From Candidatus Staskawiczbacteria bacterium (GTDB lineage: Bacteria > Patescibacteriota > Minisyncoccia > Minisyncoccales > Staskawiczbacteraceae), in assembly GCA_041659225.1 (NCBI GenBank), contig JBAZYR010000001.1:15266-79265 (forward strand): a stretch of 64,000 nt of DNA. The letters run 5' to 3'. Numbering within the stretch: position 1 is the stretch's first letter; each line of letters opens with the position of its first letter. The notes under the pieces are model-generated. The model was not told the origin of the DNA, ran no database searches, and was given only the letters and a program-made list of their open reading frames with translations. A program made the translations under genes and the position numbers. Shown here in pieces: positions 1 to 8,679 of the stretch.

Positions 1-121
1 AAAAACTCTCCCTCCCACAAGATAGAGAACGCTCCTTTAAAACCCTCAGTTTTGAATAATCTCCTACATGGGAAGATATCCAATCTCCCCAACCCCTTAA
101 GGTTCGAAATCCTCCCAGAAA

Positions 122-152
122 TAAAAAACGCCCACTTTCGGGCGTTTTGTTT
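122..152. terminator. Bidirectional intrinsic terminator downstream of the Cys-rich gene. A-run, then a CGCCC/GGGCG hairpin (aaaaaacgcccactttcgggcgttttgtt), then a T-run.
   Basis: GC stem of 5–7 bp, loop actttc, flanked by an A-tract and a T-tract. Sits immediately 3' of the minus-strand CDS ending at 293. Confidence 0.6.
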
Positions 153-292
153 ACTAAGCTCCCCTTGGTGGACACGTTTAGAACCTTGGACTGGAAAATA
201 ATGGAAGAGGAAATGTGTAAACTGGGTTTGCTTAAACAAAAAGACCCTGAATGTATTTCTCAGACAGGGCCCTTATTCGGAGCTTAAAGTGT

Positions 293-1081
293 CTACTGTT
301 TTCTTGTGTGCAATAATCGTGGAGGTGGCACTGTTTGCATCGCCGTCGCAAGCGATACTCTATGACTCTTCATATAATAGCGGACGTAAACCGCATCGGT
401 GTTGCATAACGGTTCGCCGTTGGGCCCCCTGTGTTTGCATTTCCCAATACGGTTGCACCACGGCATTGAACATTGCTCTGGCCCAGGAGCCGGAATGATC
501 CCTTTGATTGCTTCTTGTCCAAGCTCTTGCCAAGTGCGATGTCGATGCATGCCCCGTCGGCTTAAAACCTTAAGATATGTACGACATGTTCCGCAAGCGT
601 GAAGACGTTCGCCGATTTCGCTGTCCCCTGACGGGGTCACCGTATCTTTACACCACGGCATACAGCATTTCACGGGATTGGGCTTTTCTGGCTTCCATCC
701 CTTGGGCTTTAATCGGCTGTAAGCTTCCTGAAGCGAACACTCTTCTTTTTTGCTAAGTTCCCATGCAGCTTCGTAGCAGGTACGACAAACACGTAAAAGT
801 CCGATACGACGTAACAAGTTTGTCGATACGTTCTTCAGCAATATTCTTGTGCAACCTTCACGGGCGCAAATTGTCTTAATCCGTGGCAAAGGACGTCTCG
901 GAGCAGACACATTGTCTGTGAACATTTCCTTCATAGCCTTCCCGGCTTCCTTGGATCTTTGCCAAATATATTGGTAACAAGCTCTGCACAATTGGACATG
1001 GTTAATATGTCGCGGTTCTTTTCCTATCGATTTTGCAGTTGGCTTATTGCACCACGGAGCACCACAAATCTTGCTATCCAT
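293..1081 (-). CDS. Cysteine-rich protein with four tandem Cys4 zinc-ribbon-like repeats (C-x2-3-(W)C ... C-x2-C-Y/R). Function unknown.
   Basis: The ORF 293..1135 is trimmed to an ATG at 1079-1081, preceded by GGAGGT 7 nt upstream. Repeats: CGAPWC...LCRACY, CAREGC...VCRTCY, CCMPWC...ACGTCR, CSMPWC...CKHRG...LCNTD. Local GC is about 50 % against about 38 % around it, and the Arg codons are CGN-biased. Confidence 0.6.
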   Translation of the reverse strand: MDSKICGAPWCNKPTAKSIGKEPRHINHVQLCRACYQYIWQRSKEAGKAMKEMFTDNVSAPRRPLPRIKTICAREGCTRILLKNVSTNLLRRIGLLRVCRTCYEAAWELSKKEECSLQEAYSRLKPKGWKPEKPNPVKCCMPWCKDTVTPSGDSEIGERLHACGTCRTYLKVLSRRGMHRHRTWQELGQEAIKGIIPAPGPEQCSMPWCNRIGKCKHRGPNGEPLCNTDAVYVRYYMKSHRVSLATAMQTVPPPRLLHTRKQ

Positions 1082-1156
1082 TGAGGTTACCTCCTTCGCT
1101 ATTTGAGTGAATGAACTATACATAAGATACAACACAAAATAAATATTGTCAAACCA

Positions 1157-1186
1157 AAAGCCCGAGACTCATATCTCGGGCTTCGT
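1157..1186 (-). terminator. Intrinsic terminator 3' of tRNA-Asn (hairpin GCCCGAGA...TCTCGGGC followed by T-run on the minus strand)
   Basis: Inverted repeat gcccgagactcatatctcgggc; the minus-strand RNA then reads CUUUUGGUUU. Confidence 0.6.
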
Positions 1187-1189
1187 TAG

Positions 1190-1261
1190 CTCCGGTGGTC
1201 CGATTCGAACGGACAACCCACTCCTTAACAGGGAGTTGCGCTACCATTGCGCCACACCGGA
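1190..1261 (-). tRNA. tRNA-Asn (anticodon GTT), CCA not encoded
   Basis: Cloverleaf read on the minus strand. Acceptor TCCGGTG/CACCGGA, D-stem GCGC/GCGC, anticodon stem ACTCC/GGAGT with loop CTGTTAA, T-arm GTCCG-TTCGAAT-CGGAC. Confidence 0.8.
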
Positions 1262-1315
1262 ATGTGTTATGGTAATTTATACTGTAAGCTAATTCTCTCA
1301 ATTTTTCAAGAAATC

Positions 1316-2509
1316 TTAGTAGTCTTTCACCTTTTTCAAATCCTGATGCTTTCGAAGCTTCTCCAAAGCCTTGGCTTGTATTTGACGTATCCTCTCCCTA
1401 GTTACAGCAAATTCCGCTCCTGTTTCTTCAAGAGTGTGCATCACTCCATCGTCCAAGCCAAACCTCATAGCCAATATCTTTAACTCTCGGGCAGTAAGCT
1501 CGCTAGATATTTCTTTTAATCTGCTTTTCAACAGTCTCCTGGCGGCTTCAGTATTCGGAGCTATACTCTTGTCGTCTTTGATAAACTCAGCTAAGACACT
1601 TTCCTGTTTATTCTTATCTTCTCCAACTGGAGTTTCCAAAGAAACTACCTTCTGGGCAATCTTCCTGATGTGATGGACTTTTTCAACTTCTAACTCCATT
1701 TCAGCGGCAATCTCCTCAGGTAAAGGTTCGCGGCCCAATTCTTGCAGAAGATTCTGCCTTACTTTAGTATATTTTGAAATCGTTTCAATCATGTGTACCG
1801 GAATCCTGATTGTCCTTGCCTGGTCAGCTAAAGCGCGGGTGACTGACTGCCTTATCCACCAAGTAGCATAGGTAGAAAACTTATACCCCTTTCTCCAATC
1901 AAATTTCTTTACAGCTTTAAACAAACCTAAATTACCTTCTTGAATCAAATCTAACAAACTAAGGTTGGGGGATCTCCCAACGTATTTTTTAGCGATAGAA
2001 ACCACTAACCTGAGATTCGCTAAAGCTAACTTATTCTTAGCCTCTTCGTCCCCTTTTTCTATCCTCCTAGCCAATTCCTTTTCCTCTTTTGCGCTTAAAA
2101 AACTTACCTTTCCGATTTCCTTCAAATACATCTGGATAGGATCTATTTTCCCGGCGGCTAAGGGTTTTTTCTTTTTCTCTTTTTTCCCCGTCCTAACTTC
2201 AAGAAACTCCCTCGCCTCTTTTATCTCGATACCTCTTTCCTGCAAATTATCATAAATGCTTTCCAGCTGGCTAACATCTTTTTCAATATTAGGGAAGGCG
2301 TAAAGGATCTCTGAGGTAGTGACAAATCCGCGCTCCTGGCCTTTATGCAAAAAAGCCGCCATTTGCTCTGGAGAAATTATTGATCGCTTGCCTCTTTTTT
2401 TTACTTTCTTTGCTTTTTTCTTCCTTACAACTTTCCTAACCTTTTTTGTCTTTTTGCGTTTCTTGGCAACAATCTTTTTCTTTTTTAATATCTTTTTCTT
2501 TTTTTTCAT
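1316..2509 (-). CDS. rpoD: RNA polymerase primary sigma factor (sigma-70 family, RpoD) with a highly basic, lysine-rich N-terminal extension
   Basis: Regions 2–4 are conserved ([27 protein letters not shown], the region 4.2 [18 protein letters not shown]). The N-terminal ~45 aa are almost all K/R. It sits directly downstream of dnaG, the classic dnaG-rpoD arrangement. Confidence 0.9.
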   Translation of the reverse strand: MKKKKKILKKKKIVAKKRKKTKKVRKVVRKKKAKKVKKRGKRSIISPEQMAAFLHKGQERGFVTTSEILYAFPNIEKDVSQLESIYDNLQERGIEIKEAREFLEVRTGKKEKKKKPLAAGKIDPIQMYLKEIGKVSFLSAKEEKELARRIEKGDEEAKNKLALANLRLVVSIAKKYVGRSPNLSLLDLIQEGNLGLFKAVKKFDWRKGYKFSTYATWWIRQSVTRALADQARTIRIPVHMIETISKYTKVRQNLLQELGREPLPEEIAAEMELEVEKVHHIRKIAQKVVSLETPVGEDKNKQESVLAEFIKDDKSIAPNTEAARRLLKSRLKEISSELTARELKILAMRFGLDDGVMHTLEETGAEFAVTRERIRQIQAKALEKLRKHQDLKKVKDY

Positions 2510-2518
2510 AAACTATTG

Positions 2519-4336
2519 TTATAGTTCTTTTGTAAGCTTATCAAACTGCTGGACTAAATTATTAACTTTTTCGAAATCTTTTTCATTCTCTGCCTTCTTC
2601 ATTTCCTCCGACATAGCTTTCAATTTGTCCTTGACCTCAATGGATTTTAACTCCGAGAGACAAAGCTGTATTTCCTCTTCCGCATCTTCATCATATTCAA
2701 CTTCTGCCCTTAATGAAAGGGCTACCAGGAAATTCTTAAAATCCTGATCCGGCTCGCCTGCACTGTATTTGTCAGAAAAGTCAGATAAGGACTTCCTTAA
2801 ATCTTCTTCATTACCTCCATGTTTTCCCTGCTCAATGGCAAATTGCTTAAAATCTTCTAAAAACTTTTTAACCTTACCGGAAAAAAGGGGAAGACAATTA
2901 TCGTTAATTAAATCTAAATTGCTGCAATCTTTCAAAATCAAGGCCATAATCTTTTCTTCAATTATCTTCTTTCGTCCCTGGGGACCGACAAAACAGTTGT
3001 CAGCTTTTACCGGAACCGCGTTTTCTCTCGCAGCAGTAAACGTTGATTCCTTTTTTATCTTCTTTAACTCCTCTGAAAGAATATCTTCTTTCACTGAAAG
3101 CGTTGCAGATAATTTTTGGAGCCAGGAATATTGCTCGATAGCATTAGGTATCCTTTTAATAATCGGCAGTATTACCTTCCCGATAGCTTTCCTGCCCTCA
3201 GGCGCGCTTTTGTCGTAGCTGGCAAGAGCTGAATCAAAATAGTAGTCGAGTATGGAACGCGCGCCGGCTATGGCCTTGCCCCAATTAGCTGGATTTTCTG
3301 CGATAACATCCGCAGGGTCAGATCCGGCTGCCGACTGCTTAATGATTTTAATATTAAACCCTTGCTCCTGAGCCAAATCAATTCCTCTTTTGGTGGCGCT
3401 GTCCCCCGCAATATCCATATCGAAAGATAAAAGAAGGTTTTCAGAGTATCTTTTAAGAATCTCCAGATGCGGCGAAGTCAAAGCGGTTCCCGAAGCAGCT
3501 ACCGTATTCTCAAAGCCGGCCTGATGCGACATTATTACGTCGGTGTATCCTTCGGTTAAAATTGTTTGGTTCTTTTTCCTGATTTCTACCTTGGCGTTAT
3601 TCAAACCATAGAGAACTCTGCTTTTGTCATAAAGCGGAGTTTGGGGCGTGTTAATATATTTAGCTACCTCGTCTTTGCTTTTTTCCTCCGTTACTCTTCC
3701 CCCGAATCCGATAATTTGAGAATTTAAATCAAAAACCGGAAACATGATACGGGAACGAAAGCGGTCGTAATATGTATCGTTCTTTTCTGACTTTATGCAC
3801 AACCCGGCTGTTTCTATTTCTTTTCTTTCATATCCCTTTCCGACCAGGAAGTCTGTTAATCCCTGCCAAGACTCGGGCGCGTATCCGAGCCGCCATTTTT
3901 TAATGCTGTCTTGGTTAATTCCCCTTTTCGATAAATACTCTTTGCTTTTCTGTCCGGTCACGCTCGCTTCTAGTTGCTTTTCAAAAAAAAGCGTCGCTAA
4001 CTCGCATATTTCATAAAGCCGCTGTCTTGCTGTCCTCAGCTCCGGATTTTGATGTTTAAGCTCCACGCCGGCTCGCTGAGCTAAAATTCTCAAAGCGTCT
4101 CCGAACTCCACCCCCTCTATTTTCATTACAAAATCAAACACCGAATGTCCTAAACCGCATCCGAAACAGTGCCAGATTTGCCTGACAGGAGAAACAAAAA
4201 AAGAAGGGCTTTTTTCTGAGTGAAAGGGACAAACTCCCCTATAGTTAGCTCCTGCTTTTTTGAGTTTAATGTAGCTGCCGATAACGTCAACAATGTTGAC
4301 CTTATTTTTGATTTCTTCAATCTGAGAATCAAACAT
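2519..4336 (-). CDS. dnaG: DNA primase DnaG
   Basis: CHC2 zinc finger (CPFHSEKSPSFFVS...HCFGCGLGH) and a Toprim domain (EGYTDVIMSHQAGFENTVAASGTA). The track ORF starts 15 codons upstream with a non-ATG codon (TTG). The ATG at 4334-4336 gives the canonical N-terminus MFDSQIEEIKNKVNIVDVI. Confidence 0.9.
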   Translation of the reverse strand: MFDSQIEEIKNKVNIVDVIGSYIKLKKAGANYRGVCPFHSEKSPSFFVSPVRQIWHCFGCGLGHSVFDFVMKIEGVEFGDALRILAQRAGVELKHQNPELRTARQRLYEICELATLFFEKQLEASVTGQKSKEYLSKRGINQDSIKKWRLGYAPESWQGLTDFLVGKGYERKEIETAGLCIKSEKNDTYYDRFRSRIMFPVFDLNSQIIGFGGRVTEEKSKDEVAKYINTPQTPLYDKSRVLYGLNNAKVEIRKKNQTILTEGYTDVIMSHQAGFENTVAASGTALTSPHLEILKRYSENLLLSFDMDIAGDSATKRGIDLAQEQGFNIKIIKQSAAGSDPADVIAENPANWGKAIAGARSILDYYFDSALASYDKSAPEGRKAIGKVILPIIKRIPNAIEQYSWLQKLSATLSVKEDILSEELKKIKKESTFTAARENAVPVKADNCFVGPQGRKKIIEEKIMALILKDCSNLDLINDNCLPLFSGKVKKFLEDFKQFAIEQGKHGGNEEDLRKSLSDFSDKYSAGEPDQDFKNFLVALSLRAEVEYDEDAEEEIQLCLSELKSIEVKDKLKAMSEEMKKAENEKDFEKVNNLVQQFDKLTKEL

Positions 4337-4547
4337 TTTATACAAGTAATGGTACTTACATTGTATACCACATCTGCGCAAAAAAATCTATGGCATTATG
4401 CGTGGCGACTTGGGCAACGCTAAGATTACATTTTTAGTGATTACGGATAAATGCGCATACTAAGCTTTACGGTTTTATATGGTTTCGAATAAAAAAAGAG
4501 AGCGACCGATGCCGCTCCATGCTAATTGCAATCCATGATGATGGCCG

Positions 4548-5270
4548 TCAGACCTTAGCGAACTTGTTAACGACCAGTATTGTAGATCGTCGTTGCGATA
4601 TGGAAATGAATTTAACAGCTAGAGCTACTCTATTTTCCGCATTTAGCGCTTCCCAGTAAAATCTAGCTACTGAATCTATATCAGCTCTAAGCGGCATAAG
4701 AAGCGGTTCGCCGGTGAAAGCCGGCAGAGGATTACCATCCCCCGAATATGTAGTGACGCAGAAACCGAATCCGTTGCTAATCTCTTCGTAACTGTAGAAG
4801 AGTCTATCACAAGTGTCGCTCCACAGCGACTTTCGGAGAACGGCCAATCGGAATGAAGGCTCATTTTCGATGAAAGAGCATATACCGCTAATTCTTGGCG
4901 TAAAGTTTGGGGCGTCTGGTTCGTATTGACAAATATTCATAGCACCCATGAAGTTCCCAACCGATATAACCAGATCGGTTTGTACACCATTGGTAACCAC
5001 AAAAAGCTGATCGTTTTCTTTCATCGCGTTGTATATAATCAAACGCGGATCTTTCACCTTTGCAGGATCAGCCGCCTCCGTAAACAGCCTACCTCCGTCG
5101 GAACTGAAAACTCGATTGCGACTGTTTTCGCTCCTTCCCATGATCCAGTAAATCTGTACCATATTCTGGCCAGTTTTGTCCATTCCGATTACAATACCAC
5201 GTCCTGGATAAGGATTCCTACTCAAAGCGAACATATTTCTTGCCGCTGTTTCGACATCGCCTACACTCAT
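4548..5270 (-). CDS. PurO-like protein (archaeal-type IMP cyclohydrolase family, NTN-hydrolase fold); assignment tentative
   Basis: Motifs recalled from archaeal PurO: YPGRGIVIG...GRSENSRNR...DPRLIIYNA...VVTNGVQTD. GC is slightly above the local average. No other pur genes lie nearby. Confidence 0.45.
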   Translation of the reverse strand: MSVGDVETAARNMFALSRNPYPGRGIVIGMDKTGQNMVQIYWIMGRSENSRNRVFSSDGGRLFTEAADPAKVKDPRLIIYNAMKENDQLFVVTNGVQTDLVISVGNFMGAMNICQYEPDAPNFTPRISGICSFIENEPSFRLAVLRKSLWSDTCDRLFYSYEEISNGFGFCVTTYSGDGNPLPAFTGEPLLMPLRADIDSVARFYWEALNAENRVALAVKFISISQRRSTILVVNKFAKV

Positions 5271-5404
5271 GTATAGTGCTCCTTTCTTTAGACTACATCC
5301 ACGCTAGCTCTACAAATGAGGCCGCTTAAACTGTAGGTCGAAAAAACCTTTTCATTTCCATCCGTTGCTTCCCTCTACCGCATATGGTGACAGCCGACGG
5401 TAAC

Positions 5405-5432
5405 GAAAAGCTCTTTTTTATAAAAGAGCAAC
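5405..5432 (-). terminator. Intrinsic terminator 3' of the HIT gene (GCTCTTTT/AAAAGAGC hairpin, then a T-run on the minus strand)
   Basis: Inverted repeat aaaagctcttttttataaaagagc; the minus-strand RNA then reads UUUUCG. Confidence 0.5.
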
Positions 5433-5545
5433 TGCACACATTAAATTTACATTAAACTTAAAATATGCTTTGTCAACAAAAAAACGGTGGGGTGCGAAAA
5501 GAGAGAACAACTATTCTGACCCTCTTTCCGGGGCCAAGTATTATA

Positions 5546-5950
5546 TCAAATTGCCTTCTTTATCTTCTCTGCTATCTTTTGCATTTCTTCTGCCGACGGC
5601 TTAGGATCAATAACTTTATTCGGAAAAGCCCCTAACCCGTCGTCTATATACCTTGGTATGACATGGATATGCGCATGGGGAACGTCCAGGCCGGCTATTC
5701 CCTCCACCGCCCACTCAGTATCGAATGCCTTTCTTATGGCTTTGGCAATCATCCTTACGGCTTTCAGCAAAACGCAGTATTCGTCTTCTTCTAAGTCCCA
5801 AACCCATGTAGCGTGTTTCTTAGGAATCACAAGCGTATGCCCCTTGGCAAAAGGATTTATATCCAAAAAAGCCAGTACATCGTTATCTTCGTATATCTTG
5901 TAGCTCGGTATCTCCCCTTTCACAATTTTGCAGAAGATACAATCATCCAT
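5546..5950 (-). CDS. HIT-family (histidine triad) nucleotide hydrolase
   Basis: Histidine triad HAHIHVIP, N-terminal CIFCKI, and the GHTLVIPKKH motif. Confidence 0.85.
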   Translation of the reverse strand: MDDCIFCKIVKGEIPSYKIYEDNDVLAFLDINPFAKGHTLVIPKKHATWVWDLEEDEYCVLLKAVRMIAKAIRKAFDTEWAVEGIAGLDVPHAHIHVIPRYIDDGLGAFPNKVIDPKPSAEEMQKIAEKIKKAI

Positions 5951-5952
5951 AT

Positions 5953-6705
5953 TTAACGGATTCTATAAGTTAAATAAATTGTCATATCCACTTCCTGCTG
6001 GCCGGGTTCGATTGTAGGGGCTGGCGCGGCATCAGGGGTTGCGCCGCCCTTAGCTAGGCTTTCGCCGTAACCATAGTATGGATAATATCCTTCAGAGATA
6101 CTTACTAATTTCCCTAGTCTAAATCCAGCCTGCCTTGCCATGCTCTCGGCTTTTGTTCTTGCCTCTTCTATCGCCTTCCCCCTGGCTTCTTGCTGAACTG
6201 CCGCCGGGTTATCAATGCTAAATTGTAAATCCCCTACTAGGGTTGCCCCATCGTTAGTAGTTTTGTCTAAGATGCTTCCTATCTTAGCAAAATCCCTTAC
6301 CTTAACTTCTATCTGCTGGCTCATAGTGTATCCTCGGAAGAACCTTCGGCCATTCTCATCATATTCATAGCGAGGAGTTAAGCTATACTGAGTAGTTTGG
6401 ATATCCTTTGCGTCAATATTTAAATCCTTTATGTCTTGAATAATCGTATTCATCTTCGCGTTATTCTGTCCAACAATCGTCGGAACGTCGCTTCCCTCGG
6501 TAACTACCCCGAGAGAGATCAAGGCGATATCGGGTTTGATAAATACTTTTCCTTCCCCGGAAACCGTAATTTCTCGAGGATAGTTCCCTGGAATGCTTTG
6601 AAAATCCAAAACTGCCTTGGAAATATATGCACCGGATAAAGCGACGATGATTATGACAGCGAGAATGAATAGACGATTAGAAAATTCAAATTGTTTTGTT
6701 TCCAT
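5953..6705 (-). CDS. SIMPL-domain (DUF541) periplasmic/membrane-anchored protein
   Basis: N-terminal TM helix. Typical SIMPL blocks: ITVSGEG...IKPD, QTTQYSL.P.Y, and a C-terminal EPG.QE...V. Its stop abuts the HIT gene. Confidence 0.7.
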   Translation of the reverse strand: METKQFEFSNRLFILAVIIIVALSGAYISKAVLDFQSIPGNYPREITVSGEGKVFIKPDIALISLGVVTEGSDVPTIVGQNNAKMNTIIQDIKDLNIDAKDIQTTQYSLTPRYEYDENGRRFFRGYTMSQQIEVKVRDFAKIGSILDKTTNDGATLVGDLQFSIDNPAAVQQEARGKAIEEARTKAESMARQAGFRLGKLVSISEGYYPYYGYGESLAKGGATPDAAPAPTIEPGQQEVDMTIYLTYRIR

Positions 6706-6762
6706 ATTTTAAGCTTTAATTATTAATTAGTAGCTGAATTATATTAAATTTTATGTGAAATA

Positions 6763-7098
6763 TCAAACTCCTCGTTTAATTGCGGCTGCATAGTTAAAGG
6801 CGTAAAAATAGTCGTGCATATTTTTGTCGGTAGAGCCGTAGATATTATCAAAACAGAAATAGTCAGCCAGAACTTCCCTCAAGCGGCAGATTTCCTTCAA
6901 TCTTCTCTTATTTTTAGGGTCGATAATCGTCAAATCCAAAAGCTCTAACCCTCGCTCAAAAGCCATTTTGCTGAATTCTGAATTTTTCTCCCGCCAATTT
7001 ATCGTTCGCTCAACCTCGCTCCCGATGTTGGCCATTTGTTCGATAAAAGGCATATTAAACCACCTTCCGCCTGCCAGGTCTTTATGAATATACTTCAT
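6763..7098 (-). CDS. Hypothetical protein (111 aa), second gene of a two-gene module overlapping its upstream partner by 4 nt
   Basis: Intact ORF with no recognisable motifs. ATGA-type overlap with 7095..7436. Confidence 0.45.
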   Translation of the reverse strand: MKYIHKDLAGGRWFNMPFIEQMANIGSEVERTINWREKNSEFSKMAFERGLELLDLTIIDPKNKRRLKEICRLREVLADYFCFDNIYGSTDKNMHDYFYAFNYAAAIKRGV

Positions 7099-7436
7099 TT
7101 ATCAACTACTTTATTTACTATGGAGATTATTTTCTCACGTATTTCTTCCTTATCAATCCCTCGGGTTCTATTACCTAAGCTCGGCTTTAAATTAATCATA
7201 GAATCAAACTCAATAAATTTGTCTTTTCCAACCTCAGGGTAAATATTTATTCCCCAAAGATTATTCGGCTCAGAACCATTTTCGATTAAAAGTTGCTCCA
7301 AATCAACGTGTAATTCAGCATCAACTGCCACGATTTCTTTTTCAATATCAATCACCGCTTTTACAAAATTACCGAACATTCTTTCCGATAACTCTTTTAA
7401 CTCAGCGATTGTTATTTTATCGTTGATAATTTTCAT
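7095..7436 (-). CDS. Hypothetical protein (114 aa, from the internal ATG MKIINDKITIAELKEL...)
   Basis: The track ORF extends 17 codons upstream into the tRNA-Ser, so it is trimmed to the ATG at 7434-7436. Function unknown. Confidence 0.45.
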   Translation of the reverse strand: MKIINDKITIAELKELSERMFGNFVKAVIDIEKEIVAVDAELHVDLEQLLIENGSEPNNLWGINIYPEVGKDKFIEFDSMINLKPSLGNRTRGIDKEEIREKIISIVNKVVDK

Positions 7437-7441
7437 AGAAT

Positions 7442-7529
7442 TGGCGGAAGGGGTGGGATTCGAACCCACGAGACCCGTAAGGGCCACGGCTTTCCAAGCC
7501 GTTCCATTAAACCGCTCTGGTACCCTTCC
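7442..7529 (-). tRNA. tRNA-Ser (anticodon GGA), type II with long variable arm, CCA encoded
   Basis: Acceptor GGAAGGG/CCCTTCC, anticodon stem ACGGC/GCCGT with loop TTGGAAA, variable arm of about 16 nt, T-arm GTGGG-TTCGAAT-CCCAC, 3' GCCA. Confidence 0.8.
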
Positions 7530-7772
7530 TTACTTCACTAATCTTTTGAGTAGTTTTTCTTTTACGCTTTCTAGCTCCCACTGGTCCAAACTATCCTTCT
7601 GGTTATACCGAAGACTATTTATCTTCTCCTTTATTTCAAATTCCGTCAATCCGTCGACGAGTTCGCTCCCAAAAACCTTATCCAAATACTGCCTTTCTTC
7701 AGTTGAAATATTAGGCATAAAACGCAAGATCCGATTAAACTCATCTTTGTATATCCTTTTGGGGTCAACCAT
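7530..7772 (-). CDS. Hypothetical small protein (80 aa), charged and helical
   Basis: Intact ORF lying between htpX and tRNA-Ser. No recognisable domain. Confidence 0.4.
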   Translation of the reverse strand: MVDPKRIYKDEFNRILRFMPNISTEERQYLDKVFGSELVDGLTEFEIKEKINSLRYNQKDSLDQWELESVKEKLLKRLVK

Positions 7773-7775
7773 ATT

Positions 7776-8678
7776 TTACATTTTCATGCCCCGAAGCGCC
7801 CTTATTCTCTCTTCCACTGGCGGATGGGTCATGAACAGTTTTATTATCCAATTGCTTGTTTGTTTGCCCTTGAACGGGGAAGCAATGAAAAGGTGGCTGG
7901 TCGCGTTATTAGCAACGCGCATAGGCGTTGTATCGCTGGATATTTTCTCTAAAGCCCTGGCTAATCCATCGGGATACCGGGTCAAAAGCGCGCCGTCAGC
8001 ATCAGCCAAAAACTCTCTCTTCCTGGAAATTGCCAGCTGGATTAAAGTTGCAGCTATCGGAGCTAAAATTGCAGCAACGATTCCTACAATCGCCAATATC
8101 CCGGCCATTTTACTATCTTCTGAATTACGCCTGCCACCGCCGAAATAGCTGATCCGTAAAAAGAAATCAGAGGACATGGCAATAATGCCTGCCAAAATCG
8201 TGACAACTGTCGCCAAAAGCATATCCCGATTGCCAATGTGAGACAATTCGTGGGCAATGACCCCTTCCAGCTCTATTTTCTCTAATCTATTCAGCAACCC
8301 CCTAGTGACAACAACCACTGCGTGTTTCTTATCTCTGCCCGTAGCAAAAGCATTCGGCTGGTTCTCCTCGATAATATATATCCTGGGCATGGGCAAGCCG
8401 GCTGTGATGCAAAGGTTCTCAACGACCAAATAAAGCTCGGGATTATCCTTCTTTTCAATCGGATTGGCCCTTGTCATTGCCAAAACAATCTTATCTGAAT
8501 ACCAATAGCTGCCAAAACTCATTAAAAAACTGAAGAATACGGCAAAGTACAGAATGCTCGGATTATTCAGCGAATAACTGAAAATCCATCCGATTAGAAT
8601 TACGAAAACCAAAAACCCGGCTATTAATAGCCAAGTTTTGCGGATATTGGAATCAGCTTGAGTATATAGCGTTGCCAT
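7776..8678 (-). CDS. htpX: HtpX-like M48 zinc metalloprotease (membrane)
   Basis: HELSHIGNRD zinc motif, four TM segments, and a downstream glutamate in GALLTRYPDGLARALEKI. Confidence 0.85.
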   Translation of the reverse strand: MATLYTQADSNIRKTWLLIAGFLVFVILIGWIFSYSLNNPSILYFAVFFSFLMSFGSYWYSDKIVLAMTRANPIEKKDNPELYLVVENLCITAGLPMPRIYIIEENQPNAFATGRDKKHAVVVVTRGLLNRLEKIELEGVIAHELSHIGNRDMLLATVVTILAGIIAMSSDFFLRISYFGGGRRNSEDSKMAGILAIVGIVAAILAPIAATLIQLAISRKREFLADADGALLTRYPDGLARALEKISSDTTPMRVANNATSHLFIASPFKGKQTSNWIIKLFMTHPPVEERIRALRGMKM

Positions 8679-8679
8679 T

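Noticed and set aside
85-117. T-loop-like GGTTCGAAATCC motif near the window start, which might be a tRNA fragment or an integration-site repeat
   Set aside because: No acceptor, D or anticodon stems can be built around it on either strand, and it does not match the 3' end of the nearby tRNA-Asn.
4400-5300. Possible horizontally acquired island around the PurO-like gene, based on GC
   Set aside because: The GC elevation is modest (about 42-45 %) and within normal gene-to-gene variation, unlike the clear anomaly at 293-1081.
7423-8148. 241-aa plus-strand ORF, one of many long antisense ORFs (others overlap groEL, rpoB, rpoC, uvrA and the giant proteins)
   Set aside because: It lies entirely antisense to well-supported conserved genes (htpX and tRNA-Ser). 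The antisense ORFs are low complexity and are typical artefacts of AT-rich sequence.
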